Shown: piece after piece, positions 10,890 to 19,091 of the stretch | Position numbering within the stretch: the stretch's first letter is position 1 | Layout: each line of letters starts with the position of its first letter | Assembly (NCBI GenBank): GCA_965207445.1 | Contig: CBDBLX010000002.1 | Span: 2,135,849-2,199,848 of the forward strand | Reading direction: 5' to 3' | Source: Nitrosopumilus sp. | Lineage (GTDB): Archaea; Thermoproteota; Nitrososphaeria; Nitrososphaerales; Nitrosopumilaceae | Length of the DNA stretch: 64,000 nucleotides | Position numbers and translations under genes: made by a program | The notes under the pieces: model-generated | The model's input: only the letters and a program-made list of their open reading frames with translations | What the model was told of the DNA's origin: nothing | Database searches by the model: none

Positions 10890-12556
10890 TAGTAATTTCA
10901 TTAAAGATCCGATAGTTTTTACAGGCGATTTCGGCTAGGCAGGCGGGTACGGAGTGGAAAAATAGACGTAATTGGCACTATGTGTAGCAGATACCGTGTG
11001 GTAGCCAGAAGAGAGATGATGAATTGGGTGTGTATGTCAGTGGCAGGTATTGGTAATTTTTGATCAATTGGTTGAATTAATTTGACCTCGAGTGTCAAAA
11101 GGCGATGTGGCCATTAGTGTTTGATGAAAAACGAAAAAATGGTACATCGACTAGTACTCGTCGATGCCATATTTAACGACTCTGCAGGCAGATCGTCTTG
11201 CGGCATCGACGAGGTGCGTATTTTTTGAAGACAGCCTATGTAGAAAGAGGGGATGGGTTCATGCCCGGCGTGTCCCTGGAAGATCTAAAAACCGCCTACC
11301 GCAACGAGCCTCCGGGTAAGTCCCGGGACAGACTGCAGGCGGCAGTTGGACGAAAAAAGGGCAAGAGTGAGTCTGTAATAGCCGCCCAGCTCGGACGTAG
11401 TCAGGGTGTCATATCTGAGTGGCTCAACAGGCTACAATCAGAGGGCTTGGAGGGCAGATATGACCGCAAGAGTCCCGGCAGGCCGTGCAGACTCACAAAA
11501 GAACAACAAGAACAGGCAAAGGCCGATCTGAGTAAAGAGCCGATGCAGTGCGGCTTTGAGCGTGGGACATGGACTGCCGCCTTGTTTGCATTGCATCTGG
11601 CAAACATTTTTGACGTCCAGTACACGTGGACCGGGGCCCTGGCGCTAGCTCACAGGATGGGCTTTTCAATAAGAATGCCCAGGCCAATTCACCACAAGTC
11701 TGCCAGTCCATTAGAAGAAATGTATTATGTACACGACACAATACGAGCCATCATGGCGCACGCCCGTGCCGGCTACGAGGTGTTCTGTATGGATGCCGCT
11801 GCAATCACAAACTCGCCGTATGTCGCGCGCGGACTACATCTCCGAGGAGGCTCTGAGACTGTAAATGTCAACTTTTCAAAAACAAGCATGAAAATGCTGG
11901 GTGCACTCGGGGCCGGTACATGCCACCTGCACTTTTGCGACAGTGCGAATACTGTAAACGTCATAAAGTTGTTGGAGATGCTCCGAGAAAAGTACGGCAA
12001 GGTATTTGTCATATGTGACAATGCATCTGCGCACAAGTCCAAAGACATCAAGCAGTATCTGGAACAGACAAGAGGACAAGTCGCACTATGGTATTTGCCG
12101 CCATACACTCCTCAACACAATCCCATAGAGATCCAATGGCGTGAGATAAAGCGCGCATTGGCAGGCAGATACTACAAGGGTGGTTTTCCAGAGATTCAAA
12201 AGTCCATATTACACATGATGGAAAAAGGCGAGGTAGGTACAGTCAGACTGCTAGAGTACATGCGCAATGCCATACAAGATGCAAAGAACAACGTGTTAAT
12301 ACCAGAACTCCGGGCTGCATGAACTGCATATTACGCGAACTAGGAGGTCCGGGTGTGGTTGTGCGACGCACAGATCGCACTATGATCAGGACGGCTGCGC
12401 ACATACCCTTTACCACGTCGAAATACATGGCTAGCATGCACATGTCCATGGGAAAATCATGGAGCATGTATGGATTACAACATGGGGCCTGCCTGATTTC
12501 CCAATATATGATTATAAGAATGTCTAAAAACTATCGGAACTTTAATGAAATCACTA
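10890..12556. mobile_element. Element A with ~31-bp IRs and 4-bp TSD, containing an IS630
   Basis: TAGTAATTTCATTAAAGATCCGATAGTTTTT vs AAAAACTATCGGAACTTTAATGAAATCACTA; TGCC at 10886-10889 and 12557-12560. Confidence 0.85.
11261..12322 (+). CDS. IS630-family transposase (probable element 11154-12340)
   Basis: HTH N-terminus, SPGRP, CMD, DNASAH, PYTPQHNPIE; CTAG at 11151 and 12340; higher GC than host. Confidence 0.9.
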   Translation: MPGVSLEDLKTAYRNEPPGKSRDRLQAAVGRKKGKSESVIAAQLGRSQGVISEWLNRLQSEGLEGRYDRKSPGRPCRLTKEQQEQAKADLSKEPMQCGFERGTWTAALFALHLANIFDVQYTWTGALALAHRMGFSIRMPRPIHHKSASPLEEMYYVHDTIRAIMAHARAGYEVFCMDAAAITNSPYVARGLHLRGGSETVNVNFSKTSMKMLGALGAGTCHLHFCDSANTVNVIKLLEMLREKYGKVFVICDNASAHKSKDIKQYLEQTRGQVALWYLPPYTPQHNPIEIQWREIKRALAGRYYKGGFPEIQKSILHMMEKGEVGTVRLLEYMRNAIQDAKNNVLIPELRAA

Positions 12557-12632
12557 TGCCTAACAACCATCCAAAAATCTTAGTAAATAATTTGACAAAA
12601 AGTAAGGCATTTTTGTCAAGAAAAGATGGGCA

Positions 12633-12742
12633 TAATAGTTTCATTAAAGATCCGATAGTTTTCTAATATTTTGTATTCATAATATGTGCTCAACTTCGAG
12701 ATGAATATCAATCCAAATATCGGATCTTTAATCATATCAGTA
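12633..12742. mobile_element. 110-bp MITE with element-A-type IRs
   Basis: ATTAAAGATCCGATA/TATCGGATCTTTAAT; TSD GGCA at 12629-12632 and 12743-12746. Confidence 0.85.
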
Positions 12743-12814
12743 GGCATGAGGGCGAGTTTGCCCAAAATGCAATCACAGGTCACTAAATCGACTGAGTTCT
12801 AGATATCAATGTAA

Positions 12815-13471
12815 ATAAAGTGTAAACAAAGGTATGTTCTGCTTGATTTCCCACTTGTGCTGTGTCATAAACGAATGAAATCGCGGTGCCATTTTTGTGC
12901 TTTGTTTTTAGCATCTCAGGTTTGAGTGCCTTGCCATAATATTCCCATCCAGTCATCAATTGCAATAGTGCTTGGCCTTTTTTGAGCATGTTGTATTTTC
13001 TGGCATTGTTAAACATTTGACGTTCTCGTCACCCCATTGTTTTACTTGCTCTAGATCTGTACTCTTTAGGCATTTGAGCACAGTATTTTCAGATGGGATG
13101 TTTATGCGCTCGCTTTTTCTAAAATAGTTAGCCTCATTACGTTTTCTTTTGTGCGTTGCTGCATTTACACACATGTTATTGAACGATATGGTGGCAAGTG
13201 TACCAAGATAATCATTCACACCATACTTGCTGTTATATCTGGTTGATATGTTTAGTCTGAGATCGACGAATCGTTTTCGTAAAACTTTATAATTTACTTG
13301 TTCTAATTCATATTGATGTTTTAGTACATCATTTTTCATATATGATGAAAGGTACTAGAATATCCCCATATATTGTATTTTCTATTTAATTTGATCAAGT
13401 ATGATCATCAATGTTTAACGAGATTGCATATTATTCAAATAAAATCATATAAAACACATTGCGAAATACTG
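12815..13471 (-). pseudogene. ISH3-family (IS4-like) transposase N-terminal relic with terminal IR
   Basis: Frameshifted ORFs with PSENTVL and YYGK..KNGT..YDT; end reads CAGTATTTCGCAATG from 13471. Confidence 0.7.
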
Positions 13472-13544
13472 ACTTGCAGCATTTGGAACAGGTGGGGCAA
13501 AAAAAATCACACAAATGGTGAAAATCTAGGCACGAAGTTAACAC

Positions 13545-15545
13545 CTACCTTGACTCAAGCTGTGTTAGTACTTTTGCAATCTGCGGCCATAGTGGGCTGC
13601 TGTACTTTTCTGCATTGGTTTGCGCCTCTGCTGCGGTCATCGGGTTGTCGTGGGTAATCTCGCCGAATGCGGCCAGCACGCGGTTCCAGCGGTCGACGTG
13701 CGCGTCGCCGTGCTGCACCTGAGACGCCTGCGCCCTTACCTTGGAGACGAGGTCAGGGTCTATGGCGGGCGGCGCGTCCGGCTCAGTCGGTACGTCCGGC
13801 GGCGTCTGCGGCCCGTCTTGTTCTGCTGCCGCCGCCTCTAGCAATGTCAGCACGTCTGCAATCTTTGGCCACAGCGGGCTGCTGTATTTCTCGGCGTTGT
13901 CGCGGGCCTCTGCTGCGGTCATCGGGTTGTCGTGGGTAATCTCGCCGAATGCGGCCAGCACGCGGTTCCATCTGTCCACGTGGTCTGCGCCGTGCTGCAC
14001 CTGGGACGCCATCGCGGTCACGTTGGCGACCAGCGCGGGGTCTATGGCGACTGTCGTCAGATTCTGAGCCTGGGTGAGCTTGTTGTACACGGGCGGCTGC
14101 ATCAGGCTTGACGTCGTCCCGGCGTCCTGGACGTCCACAGTCCAGCTTGCAAATTGGCCCGGCGTGTAACCGGCGCCTGGGTTTATCGTGAGCGTAACAT
14201 TGTTGACGTCTATGACGCCGTCATCTATGGTCGGGACCTCCAGCGTATACGAGCCGATCGGTGGGATCTCCACGATGCGCCAGCCCGCGTCGGAGGCGTT
14301 GAGCACGGTCCCGGCGTCCGAAAGGGTGACGTTGACCGGTAAAGGTGACAGGGGTGGAGGGGACGCGCTGATGCTAAATGAGACGGGGTCACCCTCCGAG
14401 CCGCCGCCTGCCAGCCCGATTGAGACTGTAGTCGGGGGTGGGGGGCTGCCGCTGCCCAGCGGGCCTGGGTCGTTGTCCCGCACCGTAAATATGACGGCGT
14501 TAGGCGTGCCCACGGTGTAGCCGGGCCCGTCGCGCAGCGATATCGTGACGGTGCCGTCGCGCTCGTCTTGATTGTCGTTATGGGTCGGGACGCGTACTTT
14601 TTGTTCGCTGCGGAGCCCGGACTGGGTCCGGTCGCCATCAAGGCTGTTGCTGACAAAGCCGTTGGGGTTGGTGTCGCTGTGGGGGTCGGAGACGTGGATG
14701 TTGTACGTAAGCGGCGGGTCCTGCGTCGGGGTGGCGCGCACCACTACGCGCAGTTCGGTGCCCTCCGTGACGTCGGTGGGGACGTCTGCCACCATTATCA
14801 GCTCCGGCGTGGCGTTGTTTATCTGTGCCTTCCAGTGGTGCTGGGACATGAACGTCCCGGCCGGCGGCCTCTCCGGATTCACCCAGTAGTGTGCGTACAC
14901 GGGGCCCCCGGTGAGGGGCGTGACCGCCACCGTGAACGACTGCACGTTCGACGTGCCATCGTTGTGCGTCTGCCACGTAGCGTCGGCGAAAAGGTCGCCC
15001 TTCTCTATGGTTATCGTCCTGTACGTCGGGATATAGTAGTATGATACAGCGGTCTTGGTGGAGTCCGTCCAGATTACGTTGCGCGAAAAGTCGCGCCCCG
15101 CGTCGTTGGGGTCCAGGCTGGCGTGCACGTCGTTGCCGCACATGTTAGCCGACCGGAGTGGGATATTGCCGACGTTGCCCAGGTCCACTATACACTCGCG
15201 TATCTCGGCTGCGAACTCCATCCGCTCGGTGGCGGGGTTCTCGAGCGTCACGGTCCCTCTCAGGGTGCCGCCGCCCGAGGGCGAGGTGAACGTGACGGCC
15301 GCCCTGTTCAGGTCGTCGGGGATTGGGTAGACGGCAAGACCGTGGCCGGCGCCGGCCCAGTCAGCCGCCGAAACGACTGCAACTATTGTGATTATAATTC
15401 CGGCAAGTAAAAGAGGTGTTATTATTGTAAAAAGGTGATGTTGCGCGTTAGAATGATGGAGTGGGTGTGTGAGGGGGGGGGGGGGGGATTGAGAGGGAAC
15501 AGATCTCTGCTTGACGCGCAGCTGTCTAATTAATGAAATATTCAT
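13545..15545 (-). CDS. GC-rich exported protein with two Calx-beta-like domains and two ~70-aa C-terminal repeats
   Basis: Hydrophobic leader; VTEG..VPT.ND..DE.DG.VT..L..G.GY.V..V.DND pattern twice; repeat QVQHG..HVDRWNRVLAAFGEITHDNPMTAAEA; TATA-like TTTTATA ~25 nt before ATG 15545. Confidence 0.85.
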   Translation of the reverse strand: MNISLIRQLRVKQRSVPSQSPPPPLTHPLHHSNAQHHLFTIITPLLLAGIIITIVAVVSAADWAGAGHGLAVYPIPDDLNRAAVTFTSPSGGGTLRGTVTLENPATERMEFAAEIRECIVDLGNVGNIPLRSANMCGNDVHASLDPNDAGRDFSRNVIWTDSTKTAVSYYYIPTYRTITIEKGDLFADATWQTHNDGTSNVQSFTVAVTPLTGGPVYAHYWVNPERPPAGTFMSQHHWKAQINNATPELIMVADVPTDVTEGTELRVVVRATPTQDPPLTYNIHVSDPHSDTNPNGFVSNSLDGDRTQSGLRSEQKVRVPTHNDNQDERDGTVTISLRDGPGYTVGTPNAVIFTVRDNDPGPLGSGSPPPPTTVSIGLAGGGSEGDPVSFSISASPPPLSPLPVNVTLSDAGTVLNASDAGWRIVEIPPIGSYTLEVPTIDDGVIDVNNVTLTINPGAGYTPGQFASWTVDVQDAGTTSSLMQPPVYNKLTQAQNLTTVAIDPALVANVTAMASQVQHGADHVDRWNRVLAAFGEITHDNPMTAAEARDNAEKYSSPLWPKIADVLTLLEAAAAEQDGPQTPPDVPTEPDAPPAIDPDLVSKVRAQASQVQHGDAHVDRWNRVLAAFGEITHDNPMTAAEAQTNAEKYSSPLWPQIAKVLTQLESR
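15473..15487 (-). repeat. C15 homopolymer inside the 5' coding region of the surface protein
   Basis: 15 consecutive G on + strand; frame currently intact. Confidence 0.85.
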
Positions 15546-15576
15546 ACAACGGCGACTCCAACGTACTATAAAAATC

Positions 15577-15695
15577 ATCTGAACCAACCTTCCTGACGGA
15601 TATATTCATTTAAAATTTGAATATGAATAAATAAAATAATTTAGATTTTGAGGTTTTACGATAATATTTTTTCTTATACTTAAATTAATCTATCT
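15577..15695 (+). mobile_element. Long variant terminus of the GTGTGAACCAA family
   Basis: Near-identical to reverse complement of 41011-41129. Confidence 0.8.
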
Positions 15696-15822
15696 AAATC
15701 AGTGGAAACAATAAATACACATATATGATCAAAGCTCTTTACCAACACCATGAGTCAAAAAAGACCAGACAAAGCAGATGATGCATGTATTCAATTAAAA
15801 ATAAAATATGAAAAGAAAATTC

Positions 15823-15970
15823 GTGTGAACCAAGCTCTATGACTGATATGGTCATTAAAAAATAGTACCGAGTCAAGCGTCGCACAGATGCAGGATTCTA
15901 TATTCAAGTAAGAATGTGACCAAATACAAATATGTGATTTTATTATTGTATCCAAAGAGCTTGGTTCACA
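15823..15970 (+). mobile_element. GTGTGAACCAA-family MITE, copy 2
   Basis: GTGTGAACCAAGCTCT...AGAGCTTGGTTCACA. Confidence 0.88.
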
Positions 15971-16567
15971 TCTTTGTACCATTGAGCAAACATTCATGTT
16001 ATTCAGACAGGCCATATATGACACATCTTCAAAACTCGTCTTTGGTGGCAAAGTAGAATTGGATGAGGCAATGTTTGGAGGTAATCGAAAGGGAGAATGT
16101 GGTAAGGGAGCAGCAGGAAAAACACTCGTCTTTGGCATACATTCTAGAAATGGACTAATTTGTACATTTATTATGCCTAATTGAAAGCAAAAAACACTCA
16201 GACCCATAATTGAAAAGCATACTATGCCAGATTCTTTGTACTGTGCAGATGAACATACTACATACGGCACACTTGATGGGCTCAGTACACATCAAGTGGT
16301 GACTCATAGTAAGGATGAATATGTTAGGGATAATGTGTACATAAACTGTATTGAAGGTTTTTGGAGTTTGCCAAAAATTTTCTGTATGCATATCATGGTG
16401 TTCCAAAAACACATTTCCCATTATATCGCAAGTATACCGAGTTTAGGTACAATCACAAAGATGAAAATTTGTTTGATCTCTTGACAGATATTCTGGTTAA
16501 AGATATTTCAAAGATAGAGTCAAGTATTCAAGTCATTTCAGACCCATTACATAAAAAGATCATTTAA
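15971..16567 (+). pseudogene. IS1595 transposase C-terminal relic
   Basis: VELDEAMFGG, INCIEGFWS, EFRYN; contains a stop and a frameshift. Confidence 0.88.
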
Positions 16568-16712
16568 TGTGTAATTAAATGTTCAAATTATCCAAAAAAT
16601 CGGGTCCAGATAGTTACGTATTACCAAATATTATTCGTGAATTTTCAAACAATGCCGCAACATCTACTGTATGTCACACTCAAGCAAATGACAGATTGTG
16701 ATATGTATTGTG

Positions 16713-16826
16713 TGCCGGGGGCGGGTTTTGAACCCGCGACCTCCAGATTATGAGTCTTGCCTTTTTGGAGAACTGCTAGAGCCTGCCAAATGAACTGGCA
16801 CTCTAACCAGGCTGAGCTACCCCGGC
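16713..16826 (-). tRNA. tRNA-Met(CAT), probably elongator, with a 39-nt intron in the anticodon stem
   Basis: GCCGGGG/CCCCGGC acceptor; CCAG[16756-16794]A-CTCATAA-TCTGG; GTTCAAAAC T-loop. Confidence 0.9.
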
Positions 16827-16878
16827 ATAATTTGTGTGAATATAATGAGAAATTAAATGCTACGTACTAACAATATTT

Positions 16879-18687
16879 TCAAGAGTCATTAGTATTTTGA
16901 ACATCCATAACAAAATTATCACGATTAGCATCTTTTTTTAAATCAGTGTTAGGTGCAGTGGTATCAGTGTTAGGTGCAGTGGTATCGAATGCTACAATAT
17001 CAGACCACTTTAAATCTTCATTATGAACCCACAAAAATTTTTTTTGTAAAGCAGCAGTGTACAATTTTTCCCATTCTGTTTGAGTCTCATTAGTCCATGC
17101 TTTGACAACGCGTGGATCAATATAATTTCGCAGAGACGTTCCAAGATTATAGTCCTTTGTTTTTTTCGCCAGGTCAATTTGAAGATCCATTTTTTCTATC
17201 CTTTCTGTGTATCTAGTTTTTTGATTTTTCATCTGTACTCGTACAGTTTTAAGTCTTGCAGACTTTTTCTTTTTCTGCGCAGCAGTCTTGGGTTTTGAGG
17301 CTTTTATTTTTTCAAGCCTCTCCTCAGTCTTTTTCCATGGTTTTTTTTCCTTTGCCTCGTCAAGTTTTGCTTGTCTCTTTTTTAGGGATTCAGCAAAGTT
17401 TTTTGGTATAGTTCGTTTATGATTACACATTTTAGCTGCCTCAAGATTGGCACGTTTTGCATGATACAATTTTTTATTCTGTGTTGCATTCTTCACATCT
17501 ACATGCTCAGATAAATACTGTTTTACCACTTTTGTAGCACTGTATGTTCGAAACACCTTTGCACTCAAACCTTTGACGATACTTGAATAGTACGCATTAA
17601 CATGACTTGATCGTATACCATCAAATATTTCATCTTTATTATTTTTATCTTTTATTATATCTGATATGTTTTTTTTAAATTGTTCATCATGGGGGCTCTC
17701 AACTTTTATAGTCTCCTGCCACCTTACACTGTCCTTGCCCAAAAAATCAAGACTTATTGCATCATCCAATACAGTGATATGTTCTTTGCGTAATGTAGTT
17801 GCACCGACGGTGTCTGCTTCATCAGGATCTTTTTCATCTCCCACTCTCATTGCAGTACGATAAATCAGATAACATACTGTAGATACATTGCGTTTTTTAG
17901 TGTCGTTCTCTGCCATATCATGTCCAATTTTGTCCAATATCTTGTTAATCCCTGCTGCAAGATTTTCGGCTTTAAGGTATTTTGCCTTGTCCATGTTTTG
18001 TTTTATCGCCGATGTGTCTGCAAGCCAAATGTACTTTTCTTTTTGTGTCAAGTGATCAGTCCAACTTGCCAACCACGTAGCCTGTTTGTTCTCTATTATT
18101 TTTTTCCAAGCACCTTTTGGATGTACAGCACTCTTGCCCATATTGAGTGTGACGTCACTGTGAGTAATACGAGGCTTCCATCTACCTCTTAGTGGATGGT
18201 CACCCCTACCAATAAATATGCCAGGTGGTTCTGCCATGTAATTACCAACGTCAACTTTTTCACCATCTAATATGGCAGTACCATATTCTGATTTTAATTG
18301 TTCACGAATTTTTTTACGTTTTGCAGCAAGTTCCTTTCGTTCTTCTTTTGTCAGGGCATCTTTGCGAGCTTTTTCCATATCCACTATATTGTAAATATCA
18401 TCAAAGTTGAGATCATTATAAGATATTTTTTTGTATTCATAGCCCAGAGCTGCTGCAAAATCTTTGGTAAAATTGGATTGAAATATCTTGTCTTGGACAT
18501 ATGGCGTATCTTTCTTTTTTGCCCATTGGTATGCCATCTCTTCTTGAATACCATTTAGATGCACTACATTATCTTTAATTTTGAGTGAAAGTCCTTTTGG
18601 CTCATATTCAGGTGGGAATATGATACCATTGTGCTGTAAGGTTTTCCATCTATCTTTTTGATTCTTCTTTGTAGTTTTTTTTGCCAT
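16879..18687 (-). CDS. Eukaryote-like DNA topoisomerase IB
   Basis: WKTLQHNG, EPPGIFIGRGDHP, RVGDEKD, FLGKDS, KVFRTY, CNH, NYIDPR. Confidence 0.96.
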   Translation of the reverse strand: MAKKTTKKNQKDRWKTLQHNGIIFPPEYEPKGLSLKIKDNVVHLNGIQEEMAYQWAKKKDTPYVQDKIFQSNFTKDFAAALGYEYKKISYNDLNFDDIYNIVDMEKARKDALTKEERKELAAKRKKIREQLKSEYGTAILDGEKVDVGNYMAEPPGIFIGRGDHPLRGRWKPRITHSDVTLNMGKSAVHPKGAWKKIIENKQATWLASWTDHLTQKEKYIWLADTSAIKQNMDKAKYLKAENLAAGINKILDKIGHDMAENDTKKRNVSTVCYLIYRTAMRVGDEKDPDEADTVGATTLRKEHITVLDDAISLDFLGKDSVRWQETIKVESPHDEQFKKNISDIIKDKNNKDEIFDGIRSSHVNAYYSSIVKGLSAKVFRTYSATKVVKQYLSEHVDVKNATQNKKLYHAKRANLEAAKMCNHKRTIPKNFAESLKKRQAKLDEAKEKKPWKKTEERLEKIKASKPKTAAQKKKKSARLKTVRVQMKNQKTRYTERIEKMDLQIDLAKKTKDYNLGTSLRNYIDPRVVKAWTNETQTEWEKLYTAALQKKFLWVHNEDLKWSDIVAFDTTAPNTDTTAPNTDLKKDANRDNFVMDVQNTNDS

Positions 18688-18824
18688 TTTATGATCTAAA
18701 TCAGTTAAAGTCTATCCAGTATGTATATCAATTTACCCATGACTATTTTCAAAACTATAATTTTTGAATATTTAATGTTCATTACTTATTACAAGTTAAT
18801 GATCCCATCTAAAGTAAAATAAAA

Positions 18825-18967
18825 GTGTAAACCAATCTCTATGACTGGTATGATCATTCAAAAATAACTCCTAGTCAAATGCACCGTATGTACGATACTT
18901 GACATGCAGACAGGGATGTGACAAAATACAAGTAATTTCATTATTGTGTACAAAGATTGGTTCACAC
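18825..18967 (+). mobile_element. GTGTGAACCAA-family MITE, copy 3
   Basis: GTGTAAACCAATCT...AGATTGGTTCACAC; shared internal sequence. Confidence 0.85.
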
Positions 18968-19091
18968 AACTAGTCTAATTAGATCATCAGCAGTGTTCAT
19001 CAAATGAGCAATAAAAATTGTTAATAATAATATCAATAATTATGTCTTATAGCGATGCTAGTAATAGATACAATGAGCCATTGTAAAGACG

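Larger units (their letters stand above)
10821..16625 (+). mobile_element. IS1595-family element expanded to 5.8 kb by nested insertions
   Basis: IR GGTAATACGTAACTAT(T/C)TGGACC at both ends; TSD AAATATTA at 10813-10820 and 16626-16633; pieces match 44651-45656. Confidence 0.92.

Noticed and set aside
13620..15410. Many overlapping ORFs on both strands
   Set aside because: Shadow ORFs caused by high GC; only the 13545-15545 frame has domain structure.
16626..16713. tRNA-Met as the integration site of the 10.8-16.6 kb island
   Set aside because: No duplicated tRNA 3' end or integrase; the island is bounded by IS1595 IRs and a TSD.
16879..18687. Eukaryote-like topoisomerase IB as a novelty or contamination
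   Set aside because: It is an established feature of Nitrososphaerota and sits in an archaeal context.
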